Source of the DNA: a virus
Reading direction: 5' to 3' (one strand)
DNA: 64,000 nucleotides
Virus record (IMG/VR): IMGVR_UViG_3300008261_000084
Location: 1-64,000 of that record
Shown here: piece by piece, positions 47,826 to 58,800 of the stretch
How positions within the stretch are numbered: position 1 is the first letter of the stretch
Layout of the letters: each line of letters opens with the position of its first letter
Translations under genes and position numbers: made by a program
Notes under the pieces: model-generated
Told to the model about the DNA's origin: nothing
Seen by the model: the letters and a program-made list of their open reading frames with translations, nothing else
The model's database searches: none

Positions 47826-50800
47826 ATGAATTGTAATACCGTAACTGCATTATCCCAAGAGCAAATCAGTAGTGTATTTGCTCTACTTTACCGTGAAATT
47901 CTTGATCTAAGAAATAGTGGTAAACCATTTAATTTTGATGTTCAAGAATTTACAAAGTCATTATACAAAAGTGTTAATGATGCTGTAGGGGCTCAAAAAG
48001 CTATGGAGTATGCTCAGGCTGTTCCACAGTTAGTGTATTTATTAGGTAATACAGAACTTAGTGACTATTTGGTAGATAATAATTTTAGTATGGATAAAGT
48101 ACTAAAATTGAAAAAAGATTTTAATAATATCAATAAGGTAAAAGAATATATCTTAGATGATGTTAAAACTGCTGCTGAATTAAAAAAAGAAAGCCAAAAC
48201 ATTAAAAAAGATTCTAAAAAACTTACAATAAAAAATCCAAGTGAAAACAGCAAGATTGCTCAAAGACAATGGACTAATGGAGCTAAGATTTTATTTCCTT
48301 TAGCTACTACATTTCAAGCAGCAATCTTTGTTAATCCTTATGAAGAAGGTAACTTAAATGAATTAGACAGAGAGAAAGCTTTATTTTATCAAGTGATAAA
48401 AGACCTTGTTTATTATGCAAAGGATGCTAATGAAGAAGGTGTTGTATTCTATGGTACTACTCCGGTTGCTCTTATGGCAATGCCTGCAGGTTCATTACCA
48501 TATGAATATAAAACCACAACAGATAAAGAGTGGCAAGATAAAAATGGTAATGACCCTTCAGAAATGTATGGTGTATTAACAGATACAGAAGGTAATCTGT
48601 TATATTTTACAGAATCCGGGGAAATTACCAATGACCCAACTAAAGGTAGAGTTATATATCAGTATTTAAGAAAACCTGTTTTAGAAAAAGGAGAACTTAT
48701 TTTCCGTAACCGTTCTGGTTATTCTTCTAATTTAGTTAGTGCACAAGATGTTTTAGAAAATGAAATTAAAAATGGTGTTATCTATCCTTCAGAAGAAGCT
48801 AGAAATGTAAGATTACAGCAGATTAAAGATCAACAAAGACTTCAAATGAATGCTTTATTTACTTTAAGAAATCTTATTACTGAAACACAAAGGCCTGTTA
48901 TGTTAAACATAACTGGTGGTTCTTTTGGTTTATTTACACAAAGTGCTCCCGAACCTACACCTGTAAAATTTACAGAGATAAGTGAGGCTGCTATTAAAGA
49001 CTATGATTACATAGAAACTGGTGCAATGAGTGGTCGTATTAAATTCAACTACACTGTTAAAAGACCTGGGGGAAATATTCAACAAACTATTTATCTTGAC
49101 AGAGGTAAATTTGATGAAAACTTAGCTGAAAAAGTAGCTGAAGTTCTTACTACAAAAGCAACACTTAATGGTGAAGAATTAACTCCTGTTCAAAAAACTA
49201 AATTCTTTGAAGTATTTGTATTTAACAAACTTGGCGGTAATGAGGGGATTTATGTTACTAGTGCTAGAGATAAACTTATTGTTAAAATAAATGGTAAAGA
49301 CATTCCACAAAAAGTATTATATACTCCTGAAGGGAAAGAGTTAATTAAAAAGCATTTGTTGGCTAAAAAAGTTCTTGAATTAAGTAAAAACAAAGATACT
49401 CAACCAGTTAATGTTCATTATAATAAGAAATACAAAAAGGATAAGTTTACTGATTATGAAATAAATGGTGATAAAATAACAGCAAAATTAGTTGACCATT
49501 TTGAAGTAATTAAACCTTACATGTCAATTGTATATGCTGGTGATGAAGCTGCATACTTTAATGGTTTAAATGCTTATTTAACTTTTAGTATTCCAATGGA
49601 GCTTTTAGGTGAAATAAGTAATTATGGTTTAGGACAAATTGCTTCTTATACAGATACTAATAAAACAACAAAATCCAAATCAAATTGGAACAAAACTAAA
49701 TCTAAAGCAGAACCTAAACTTACAAGAGCTGATTATATTAAAGCTGCTGCAATAAAAAAAGCAGAAGAACAAAAAGCAGGTGCATCACTTAAAAGAAATA
49801 CTAAAAAAACTCTTACTCCAAAAACTGCACCTACAACTGAAAAAACTACACCGGCTGAGAAAAAAAATATTGATAAAAAAATTCTTTCTGATAGACCAAA
49901 ACCAATTTCAACTGATGTATTGGGTATTGGTGAAAAAGTAGTACGTAAAGGTTTGTTTGAAAGAAACAGAAAGTTAGGAAACTTTCTTGATAGAGTATTT
50001 ACTACTAAAGCTGATAGAGAAAAAGCAGAGTTATGGTGGAAAAGTTCTCCATTAAGTAAATACATATCTTTAGAAAGAATTACTGAAGTTGTAAACTCAG
50101 ATGCATTTGCTACTTTTTATAACAGTGGGATCACATTATATGAGGGTGATGGTGGTACTTCAGTGGATATTTACCATGAAGCATGGCATGCATTTTCTCA
50201 AATGTTTCTTACACCAGAAGAGAAGTTTAAATTATATGATGATTTAAGAGCTATTCCTAAATGGGCGGATGCACAATTTGTAGATATTGAAGAAGCTATT
50301 GCTGAAGATTATAGAGACTATGCTAAAAGCAGAGCTAGAAAAGAAGCACCTAAAGGATTTTTGGGTAAAGTATTTGAGAGAATTTACAACTTCCTACAGA
50401 ACCTCTTTAAGAATGTAAAGAGAAGTGAATTAGCTTCAAGACCAAGAGATATTGAATCAATCAAAGTAATGTTTGATAATTTATACAAAGCATCTGAAAA
50501 CCCGGACTTTTTAGAAAATTTTAAATACTCAACTGAAAATATAGAGTTCACACAAGTTTTAACAAGAGCTAAAGAAAACATTACTCCTCTTAAATCTGTG
50601 AGTAAAGATGTTTCAGAATTTAGTGCTGAAGAATCAGATAAAGTTGCTAAGTTAATTGATAATATTATTGGTGATATTTTTTATACAAATAACTCAGTAT
50701 CAAATATATCAACTACTCCAATTAAAGTATTATTTAACAATAACAATAGAGTAAAACTTTATGAAGCTGTGTTTGATTATTTAGAAAACTTATGGTCAAT

Positions 50801-53800
50801 AAAAGTTGAGGAAGAACAAGCTTTGTTTAATAAAAATTTAAATACTGAAGTATTATCAGACAAAGATGCATTTGAACAAAATCAACTTTCAAGTATTGTA
50901 AGTTTGATTGGTAGAGCACTTGAGAATTTTGGTGACATTGAGGCATCAATAAATAGAGAGCAAAAAACCGGTGTTGTTGCATACCATTTAGATAACTCTA
51001 CATTTGAAGTATTAAAATCTAACTATATTGAATCAGAAGATGATCCAACTATCTTTAAAGTAGACAGTGGTAATATTCAAAACTCAAAAGATTTAGCAAG
51101 TACTGTTACTAAAACTATACTATCAAGTGTATTTAAAATTAAGAGAACTGAAAATAAAGAATTAGAGTATGTGTATGATGAGTTTGGTTTTAAAGAACTT
51201 GAAGACTATGATGCTATCTGGAACAAACTTGCAAAAGTATTAGAAGGATCTTTTGATAAAGAAGAGATTTACAAAAGACTTAAAGAGAATGAGCAAGACT
51301 TTCCAGAATTTTATCAGTTGCAAACTTTGTTGCCTGCTTTAGGAGATGTTTATGAGGATAAACTAGCGTTTAATGTAGCAACAAGTTTCTGGCAAGATTT
51401 GAAGAAACCAAGACTTTCTTATTACCAATTAAATTTAAATGAAACTGGTGAAGGTAAAACTGGAGGATTTGAGACTTTGTTATCAAGAAGTAGATTTGAT
51501 ATCAGTCCTGTAATAGGTGACTGGGAAACTGATTTTATACTTGCAAAACCAGGTGCAAACAAATACATAAAGAAAGCTGCTAATGGAGTTAACTTATTGG
51601 ATGTTGTTGCTATTGCTAATGATTTTGTAGATAAAACAACAATGAATTTAAACCCAAGAAAAGCTCAAGAATTTTTAAAAGCTCTTGGTATTAAATTGGA
51701 CATGACAAGCCCTTCTATTAGAGAAGAAGTTCAAAGTCCAAACTTCATTAGAAAATTTGGTTTAGATTTCATATATGGTGCTATAAGACAAGTTGCATTA
51801 GCAAAACCGTCAGATGAGCAATTACAGTTTAGATTAAAACCTTTTTACTATTTAAGAAAAGGATTACCTGAACTTCTTAGAGAAGACAAAGAAAAGTCTT
51901 TGGAAGTTAGAAGTAGATTTAATGCATTAGCTGAATTACAAATACAGTATTCAGATAAGTATTCAAACTTTAGTACTTTAAGCCCTGAAAGAAATAGAGT
52001 ATGGGAACACTTTGTAGATAATACAGTTACAAGAGTGTTAACTTCTATGAATCATGCAAGCAACTGGTTTGAATTAACAGATGAAGCTGCAGATGCAAAT
52101 GACAGATTTAAGCATATGCGTTGGTTATCTACTGATAATAATACATACACTCCTTTTTCTATTTTGATAAGAAGTATGTATGATATAAATACAGGAGAGA
52201 AGAAAGATAATAAAGCTGTGTTATACAACATGGCCGGAACACAGATCATTACCAAAAATGCTAATGAGGTAGAAGGTACTTCCACAAGTTCATTAGATGC
52301 ACCAAGTAAGTTTTTACAAGAAATGCATACAATGTTGCTTCAAGGTTTTGAGGAATTCATGCGTCATGCATCTAAACAAACTGCTCAGGGGATCACAATG
52401 TCAAATAAAATTGAAACATATCCTACAAAAGAAAAAAATAGGTTGTATGTAGACATTAAAGATTTTGCTCCAGGTAAAGATGGTGAGAATGATGCTTACA
52501 ATATTATAAAAGGTTACTTATCTGGAGAAGCAAACAGAATCTTTAGATTCCAAATGAATCCAGAATTTAAAAACTGGACAGGTTACAACAGAGATGTAAC
52601 AAGAAAAGACAAGAAGAAAACAAAGACAATGGCCGGTAATGCATTTACTGCCTTTGATGATGTTCTTACAGAAGATGTACAAGATGAGTTATATGCAATA
52701 ATAGACAATGCTGTTAAAGAAAAAAATAAAGACTTTGACATGTATGAGATATTAGAAAATAACCCTGTTTTAAATAGAAAAATTAAAGCTGATGTAAAAG
52801 AATACTTCAATAAGTTAAACGGTAAAGTAAGTAAGATACTTAACAATACTAAGTTTATTGATAAAAAATTATTGAATGAAACTTTTACTGAAAATGTAAG
52901 ATTGAAACCTGAAGAAAAAGAAGACATGCTTTTAAAAGCATATAACTATAATTCTTGGATTCATAAATTTGAAACAACCATTCTTGCATATGGGGATTTA
53001 GCACAGTACAATCATGCTAAAGAAGAGTTCCATAAAAGAAATGCCGGATTAGGTTCTGGTGGTTTAAGTTTTGGTAATGATATCAAAGACTACAAATATG
53101 TAAACTCTTTGAAAAAGTATTATGCTGATGCTAGAGGTATTGACTATAGAGATTATGATGGTACTATTAATACTGCAATTCTTAAAGAAGCAGCAAAAGA
53201 TAGTATTTACTATAATGAATATAGAGAAGCTTTAGTAAAAGCATATACAGAAAGATTAGGAGATGCTAAAAAAGCCATTCAGCTTGCTGATACTGCATTA
53301 GGAGAATATTTTAATGGTAAAGGTTCTCAAATGAAGATTGGTGATGGTCAAGGACATGTTACTATGGAGATGTACAGAATCTTGAAAAATCTTGAAGGTA
53401 AATGGTCTGATGAACAAGAAGAACTATATAAGAAAGTATCAACTGGTGAGCCAATTCAGATTGAAGATGTGGTTAAATATTTCCCACCTTACAAATTACA
53501 GTATTTTGGTAACATCAAAACAGAAGGTTTACCGGTAACTTCATTTCATAAATTCTCTCTTGCGCCAATAGTTCCAGGTGTAGCTAAACCAGGTACACCA
53601 CTATTTGAACTTCATGATAAAATGATGAAGGATAAAGTAGATTATGTTGTATATGGAACAGGTTCCAAAATTGCTCATATTGGAACAGGAGATGAAATAT
53701 TTGATGACAATGGTAAAGTAATTAAAGATTCTGAGTTTACAGTAAATACTATATTCAGTGAGTTCTTAAAGAACCAAACTGAAATTAATGATGAGTATAA

Positions 53801-56800
53801 AGGTAAATCCATATTCTCAACTCAGATGAGAAAGTTAATTTTAGAAGGTTTATACAAACAAGGTGTTATCAAATCTACAGATGAAAACAAAATAACAAAT
53901 CATATTGTAAAAAGATATATTGACCATGTTAAAGAATATACTGAACTTCTTAAACTTGAATTACTAAATGAGATAGGTTACAAAGAAGTTGAACAAGGTG
54001 TATATGAACCAGACAATGCAGAAAGTCTTGGTAAATTGCTTGATCTTGTTAGAAAGAATTTAGAAAGAGAGGATGCAGTAAGTAATGACATTATAAACTT
54101 TATTGATTCCACTAAAAATGGTGATCTTGTAAATGACTTATCTTACCATCCAGAGGCATCTAAGATTGAAAAGATCTTATTATCATTAATTAACAAGCGT
54201 GTAATTAAACAAAAGGTTAAAGGTGAAGCTCTAGTTCAAGTTTCTTCTGCAATGTATGACGGTAACATCACAGGATTACCTGATTTAAGAAATGCAACAG
54301 AGGCTGAAAAGAAGAAATGGCTTGGTACAAATGGTTTACCAACCTATTACCAAATGGAGAATGGTAAAACTGCAGCAATGAAGGTAATGATTGCTATACA
54401 AGGTGATTACTATAACTTATTTAATTTAAATTATGATGAAAATGAAAAGATTGGTGTTTACAATTCAGATGGTGTTCTGGACATGTCTGCAAGTCTTACA
54501 AGACTTAATCAAAAAATAAAAGATGATGCTTGGTTAAATGCTGATAATGAAGCTAACAGAAAAGCAATAACTCTTGTGGGTGTTAGGATTCCGGTTCAGG
54601 GTCTAAACTCTATGGAGTTTATGGAAGTTTATGAGTTTTTACCTCCACAAGCAGGTAACATTATCATCCCACCAGCAGAGATAGTTGCTAAATCAGGGGG
54701 TGACTTTGATATTGATAAACTCAGCATCTTTATGAGTAGTATAGGTAAAGAAGGTACACTTAAACAAAGAGTTTATGCAGATAATGAAACTGTAAAAGCA
54801 AAAATAGAAGAAGCAATTAAAAATGGTGAGTCAACAGATAAATTATTTAAAGATCAAAAAGCTGGTCTTGAAAATGAATTAATGGCTGATGTAAAAGAAA
54901 TTCTTGAACTACCTGAAAACTTTGTATCTCTTATTACACCAAATGGTACTTTCTTACTTAAAGAAATTGCAGATGAGTTATCTCAATATGTAATGGACTA
55001 TAATCCTTTTGAAACTCTTCAGACAACAGCTCAGAAAAAAGGTGATAAGACTTTAATTAGTCCTACAAGAGTATTAGAAGCTCCATATAACCTTTACAAA
55101 CATGAGTCAAATAATGTAGGTAAAAAAACATTAGGATTAGGTGCAATTGAAAATACATTCAATGTTTTATTTAACTCATTAGGTGCTTATTTACCTAAAA
55201 ATTATATTTCTAAACAAGGTAAACAGAGAGATACATACTTAGGTTTAAGACATAATAAGATGAAAGACCGTTCAGGAAATGAAGTTATTTCTCTTTCAGA
55301 TATCTATGATGTGGATAATGTAAATAAAATAGCGGATGTATTCTCACAAGCAATAAATGGTTGGGTGGATGTTGAAAAAGATGCATGGATATTCTTTATC
55401 CAGGGTAACTATGAAGTGTCTCCTGTATTATTATATTTACTTAAAGCAGGAGTTCCAGTAAGAGAAGCTATCTACTTTGTTTCTCAACCGTTGGTTAGAG
55501 AATATGTAAAAGAACAACAGCTTGCTGGTTCTACATTTGCTAGAGTATTAGGTAAGAAACCATATGGTAATACATCTGTACAAACTACAGCAAGAAAAGC
55601 AGTGTTTGCAAAATACTTTAATCCTTCTGTAGCTACACCTAAAATGAAAGAAGAAATGGTGCATGCAGCATCAAACAAAGTATTTAATGATTATATGTCA
55701 GATAAAAAGAGAGACCATTTTACTGAAAAGGAAATGTTTGATTTAATAGTTAACTACAAAAATGATCCTAAAGCTGCTAAAACTGATTTATCTCAAGCAA
55801 TGTTCTTACATTTCTTAAACATTGAAGGACAGATTTCAAACCTTACTAAATTAAAAGTAAATGCAAATCCGGATACTAATGTTAAAACTATGATTTCTGC
55901 AGTGGAACAAACTGAAGAAAACTTATTAGACATGGATCCTAACTTAGATTACTTGGTAAACAAGTTTAAAAATGACTCTGTTATATCTTCATTCTTTAAT
56001 GGACCTCTGGCACTTGCTTTAAGTAGACCTTTATTTAAATTAAGATATCATCCAAGCATCACTCAATACTTGTCAGAAAAAGGTTTTGATTTGATGGATG
56101 ATATGAAGCAAACATTTGGTGCTAACAAAAGAGATTTATTTACAAGCACTTTTAGAAATGATATGGTTTCATACCTATTCCAAAATGCTTTAAGGAAGTA
56201 TGTTGCTTCAGATGCTTACATGTCTATGGAGTCTAAAAACATCAAAGAGGTTAAGCAAATGAAGTCTGGTGTTTTAGGTGCTTTTGTTAAAACAAATGCT
56301 GATGGAACTAAGGTGTTATATGTAGATGAGAAAAAACTTGAACAAGAGTTTGAAGATGAGGTTTGGGCAAGAGGTTCTCAGTTTGAAAATAGCTACAGTA
56401 AACTAGGTTTACACCCACTGAATTTAAATACATTCAAGACTAATAACAAAAGTAATTTCAACCAGTACAAGAAATTTGTAATTGAGAGAGAATATTTGAG
56501 AAGTGTTTATCCTATAGCACCACAAGAACAAACTAGAGAAACCTATGAGAAGTTCTTAGCTAACAAAGCACTTGATAATATTTACAACATCTTCCATTTA
56601 TTTAAAGACAAAGAGAATGCATTCTCAGTTAGATACAATGAGTTACTTAATAAGTATCCAACATTACAGTTAAATTTTGAAGTACTTAAAAAACTACAAA
56701 ATGATTCTAAAGAATCTGCAGATGAGAGAAATGATAATTATAATATTTTCAATCTTAAACTTGTAGATAAAGATGTGAATACTAAGAAAGCTAACTTATA

Positions 56801-58796
56801 TACTAAGAACACTAAGAACTTAGCTGATCCGGTGTTTTTAAGAAAGCTTGGTTATTCTGTAGGAGAAGCAACGGAGATCTCAGACTTCTTTGCTAAACTA
56901 CCAATCTTTGCATACTTGCAAGCAGGTATCAATAAGACCTCTTATTCATTAGCTAACATTGTAGATTATCAACCATTCTTGGATGTTGTTAAAGGAGAAG
57001 GTGATAAGTTTATTAAATTACTTGATGATAGTGAAACAGCATATAAAGCTTTAGATGATGTTTATGATGCATTCATGACTCAAAATTATTTTGAAAGAGG
57101 TTCTGATAGAAACAGATACAAAGATTTCTTAGTAGATGTAACAACAAGTAAAAAAGTAAAAAGTAAGGTTAAAATTGAAAATGTTGTTACTATAGCAGAT
57201 GGAATAAAAATTATTAAAAATTCAATAACTTCTGCTGAAGAATTAAAATTATTTAATGAACTTAAACCATATTTAGAATCTCAAGGTAGTCAAACAAACA
57301 AAGGTAAGGCAGCTCCTATAATGATAGGTTTAGGATTACGTTGGGACTATACTGCTAATAACCCTGGTAAAAAAGCATTAGATTTAGGTGAAATTATATA
57401 CAACAGTCCTAGTCAAAAAAATAAATATGGATACTATACTGTAGCTCACAATGGACTAGCTTTAGGTAAAATATCTCAACAATTAAGAGATATAGTAAGT
57501 AAAGCTACAGGTATTGATGCAACTGATTATGATGGTGCAATAATAAATGTTTATCCAAAAAATGGATTTATTTCTGCTCATAATGATGTAGATGAATCAG
57601 CAACTGCAATAAATTATCCAGTATTAGTTTTAAATATAGGAGGTGAAGGTAGTTTAAGTGTTGAAGGTGCTGAAAGTCAAAAAGCTAAAAAAGGTTATGC
57701 TCAAAAAGAATATACTAATACAACTTTAGAATCTGGTGATGCCTATGTTTTTGGAGAAAATGGAGTAAATAGAGATGTTTATCATAGAACTTTAGCTTCT
57801 TCTGGAAAAGGAACACTTCCTGAACTAAACATTCAAGGACAAATAATCCCAGCTAATTCTTATAGAATAACAATTACATTGAGAAGAGTACAACCTTTAA
57901 AATCAGGAATGCCTTCAGCACCTAAAAAATTAAATACTTCATCAAAATCAGGAAAAACAGAAGATACAATATTATCAGAAGCAGAAAAATTTGATTTAGG
58001 TAGTTATATTGTAAACCTACAATTTTTAAATGAAGGTAATTTGCCTTTAACAGTTTCAAAATGGTTAAATATTTTAGATAAATCAAATTCTGATTTATCA
58101 AAATCATCATTTAACAATATGCTTGACCAAGTATTAACAAATAAGTTAATTAAAAAAGATGCTGATGGTGTTATTGAGTATGTTAGAGATTTAGGTAATA
58201 AATGGTTTAATGAATATAAACCGGAATCTAACATTCCTACAGATGAAGAAGGTCCTGTTTTATTATTAGAAAAAACAGAGATACCAAATCTATTTTTATA
58301 TGATGATTCAAATACAGATGAAGATTATTACAGTAACATGGTAAACAAGCATTCTGATGTAACATTTGTAATTGATGCTCCACAAAAGGAAATAACAAAT
58401 AATTTCAAAGGTGAAGCAAAAGGTCAGAGTTATTTTGGTAAATTAGCTAACTCTATGACAATTGCTATTCCAACAGACTTAAATACAAAAGGTGATGCTT
58501 TAAGAGATTTACCAGGTACAAGTTATGATAAGTACAAGACTATTATTGAGAACAAAATAATCAATATAAATCAAAAACTTAAACTAGGTAAACCGGTTGC
58601 TATGTCCATCCAAGGATTTGGAGACCCTTATAGAATGCCTCAAGAATTATTTGTATATTTAAGTAAGAGGCTGTTTGAATCTTTTGGTTATGTTAATCCC
58701 GGTTCAGTAATGGATACTACTGAAAAAAATGAAGATGACATGGATAAAGAAATTTTAGAAGCTCTTGGATTAGAATCTAATATATTTAAATGTTAA
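47826..58796 (+). CDS. Virion-packaged DNA-dependent RNA polymerase (phi14:2 gp66-like) with zincin and AlkB-like domains
   Basis: 3656 aa; catalytic GGDFDIDKL (DFDID at 54702-54716) preceded by RIPVQG..SM; GDGQG at about 53340; HEAWH at 50175; HND...H...RITITLR at about 57580-57890. Confidence 0.9.
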   Translation: MNCNTVTALSQEQISSVFALLYREILDLRNSGKPFNFDVQEFTKSLYKSVNDAVGAQKAMEYAQAVPQLVYLLGNTELSDYLVDNNFSMDKVLKLKKDFNNINKVKEYILDDVKTAAELKKESQNIKKDSKKLTIKNPSENSKIAQRQWTNGAKILFPLATTFQAAIFVNPYEEGNLNELDREKALFYQVIKDLVYYAKDANEEGVVFYGTTPVALMAMPAGSLPYEYKTTTDKEWQDKNGNDPSEMYGVLTDTEGNLLYFTESGEITNDPTKGRVIYQYLRKPVLEKGELIFRNRSGYSSNLVSAQDVLENEIKNGVIYPSEEARNVRLQQIKDQQRLQMNALFTLRNLITETQRPVMLNITGGSFGLFTQSAPEPTPVKFTEISEAAIKDYDYIETGAMSGRIKFNYTVKRPGGNIQQTIYLDRGKFDENLAEKVAEVLTTKATLNGEELTPVQKTKFFEVFVFNKLGGNEGIYVTSARDKLIVKINGKDIPQKVLYTPEGKELIKKHLLAKKVLELSKNKDTQPVNVHYNKKYKKDKFTDYEINGDKITAKLVDHFEVIKPYMSIVYAGDEAAYFNGLNAYLTFSIPMELLGEISNYGLGQIASYTDTNKTTKSKSNWNKTKSKAEPKLTRADYIKAAAIKKAEEQKAGASLKRNTKKTLTPKTAPTTEKTTPAEKKNIDKKILSDRPKPISTDVLGIGEKVVRKGLFERNRKLGNFLDRVFTTKADREKAELWWKSSPLSKYISLERITEVVNSDAFATFYNSGITLYEGDGGTSVDIYHEAWHAFSQMFLTPEEKFKLYDDLRAIPKWADAQFVDIEEAIAEDYRDYAKSRARKEAPKGFLGKVFERIYNFLQNLFKNVKRSELASRPRDIESIKVMFDNLYKASENPDFLENFKYSTENIEFTQVLTRAKENITPLKSVSKDVSEFSAEESDKVAKLIDNIIGDIFYTNNSVSNISTTPIKVLFNNNNRVKLYEAVFDYLENLWSIKVEEEQALFNKNLNTEVLSDKDAFEQNQLSSIVSLIGRALENFGDIEASINREQKTGVVAYHLDNSTFEVLKSNYIESEDDPTIFKVDSGNIQNSKDLASTVTKTILSSVFKIKRTENKELEYVYDEFGFKELEDYDAIWNKLAKVLEGSFDKEEIYKRLKENEQDFPEFYQLQTLLPALGDVYEDKLAFNVATSFWQDLKKPRLSYYQLNLNETGEGKTGGFETLLSRSRFDISPVIGDWETDFILAKPGANKYIKKAANGVNLLDVVAIANDFVDKTTMNLNPRKAQEFLKALGIKLDMTSPSIREEVQSPNFIRKFGLDFIYGAIRQVALAKPSDEQLQFRLKPFYYLRKGLPELLREDKEKSLEVRSRFNALAELQIQYSDKYSNFSTLSPERNRVWEHFVDNTVTRVLTSMNHASNWFELTDEAADANDRFKHMRWLSTDNNTYTPFSILIRSMYDINTGEKKDNKAVLYNMAGTQIITKNANEVEGTSTSSLDAPSKFLQEMHTMLLQGFEEFMRHASKQTAQGITMSNKIETYPTKEKNRLYVDIKDFAPGKDGENDAYNIIKGYLSGEANRIFRFQMNPEFKNWTGYNRDVTRKDKKKTKTMAGNAFTAFDDVLTEDVQDELYAIIDNAVKEKNKDFDMYEILENNPVLNRKIKADVKEYFNKLNGKVSKILNNTKFIDKKLLNETFTENVRLKPEEKEDMLLKAYNYNSWIHKFETTILAYGDLAQYNHAKEEFHKRNAGLGSGGLSFGNDIKDYKYVNSLKKYYADARGIDYRDYDGTINTAILKEAAKDSIYYNEYREALVKAYTERLGDAKKAIQLADTALGEYFNGKGSQMKIGDGQGHVTMEMYRILKNLEGKWSDEQEELYKKVSTGEPIQIEDVVKYFPPYKLQYFGNIKTEGLPVTSFHKFSLAPIVPGVAKPGTPLFELHDKMMKDKVDYVVYGTGSKIAHIGTGDEIFDDNGKVIKDSEFTVNTIFSEFLKNQTEINDEYKGKSIFSTQMRKLILEGLYKQGVIKSTDENKITNHIVKRYIDHVKEYTELLKLELLNEIGYKEVEQGVYEPDNAESLGKLLDLVRKNLEREDAVSNDIINFIDSTKNGDLVNDLSYHPEASKIEKILLSLINKRVIKQKVKGEALVQVSSAMYDGNITGLPDLRNATEAEKKKWLGTNGLPTYYQMENGKTAAMKVMIAIQGDYYNLFNLNYDENEKIGVYNSDGVLDMSASLTRLNQKIKDDAWLNADNEANRKAITLVGVRIPVQGLNSMEFMEVYEFLPPQAGNIIIPPAEIVAKSGGDFDIDKLSIFMSSIGKEGTLKQRVYADNETVKAKIEEAIKNGESTDKLFKDQKAGLENELMADVKEILELPENFVSLITPNGTFLLKEIADELSQYVMDYNPFETLQTTAQKKGDKTLISPTRVLEAPYNLYKHESNNVGKKTLGLGAIENTFNVLFNSLGAYLPKNYISKQGKQRDTYLGLRHNKMKDRSGNEVISLSDIYDVDNVNKIADVFSQAINGWVDVEKDAWIFFIQGNYEVSPVLLYLLKAGVPVREAIYFVSQPLVREYVKEQQLAGSTFARVLGKKPYGNTSVQTTARKAVFAKYFNPSVATPKMKEEMVHAASNKVFNDYMSDKKRDHFTEKEMFDLIVNYKNDPKAAKTDLSQAMFLHFLNIEGQISNLTKLKVNANPDTNVKTMISAVEQTEENLLDMDPNLDYLVNKFKNDSVISSFFNGPLALALSRPLFKLRYHPSITQYLSEKGFDLMDDMKQTFGANKRDLFTSTFRNDMVSYLFQNALRKYVASDAYMSMESKNIKEVKQMKSGVLGAFVKTNADGTKVLYVDEKKLEQEFEDEVWARGSQFENSYSKLGLHPLNLNTFKTNNKSNFNQYKKFVIEREYLRSVYPIAPQEQTRETYEKFLANKALDNIYNIFHLFKDKENAFSVRYNELLNKYPTLQLNFEVLKKLQNDSKESADERNDNYNIFNLKLVDKDVNTKKANLYTKNTKNLADPVFLRKLGYSVGEATEISDFFAKLPIFAYLQAGINKTSYSLANIVDYQPFLDVVKGEGDKFIKLLDDSETAYKALDDVYDAFMTQNYFERGSDRNRYKDFLVDVTTSKKVKSKVKIENVVTIADGIKIIKNSITSAEELKLFNELKPYLESQGSQTNKGKAAPIMIGLGLRWDYTANNPGKKALDLGEIIYNSPSQKNKYGYYTVAHNGLALGKISQQLRDIVSKATGIDATDYDGAIINVYPKNGFISAHNDVDESATAINYPVLVLNIGGEGSLSVEGAESQKAKKGYAQKEYTNTTLESGDAYVFGENGVNRDVYHRTLASSGKGTLPELNIQGQIIPANSYRITITLRRVQPLKSGMPSAPKKLNTSSKSGKTEDTILSEAEKFDLGSYIVNLQFLNEGNLPLTVSKWLNILDKSNSDLSKSSFNNMLDQVLTNKLIKKDADGVIEYVRDLGNKWFNEYKPESNIPTDEEGPVLLLEKTEIPNLFLYDDSNTDEDYYSNMVNKHSDVTFVIDAPQKEITNNFKGEAKGQSYFGKLANSMTIAIPTDLNTKGDALRDLPGTSYDKYKTIIENKIININQKLKLGKPVAMSIQGFGDPYRMPQELFVYLSKRLFESFGYVNPGSVMDTTEKNEDDMDKEILEALGLESNIFKC

Positions 58797-58800
58797 AGAA

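Noticed and set aside
58270-58720. Extreme C-terminal alpha/beta domain of the RNAP as a macro-like enzyme
   Set aside because: Only a vague resemblance (GQSY, IAIPT, GFG); not enough to assign without a profile search.
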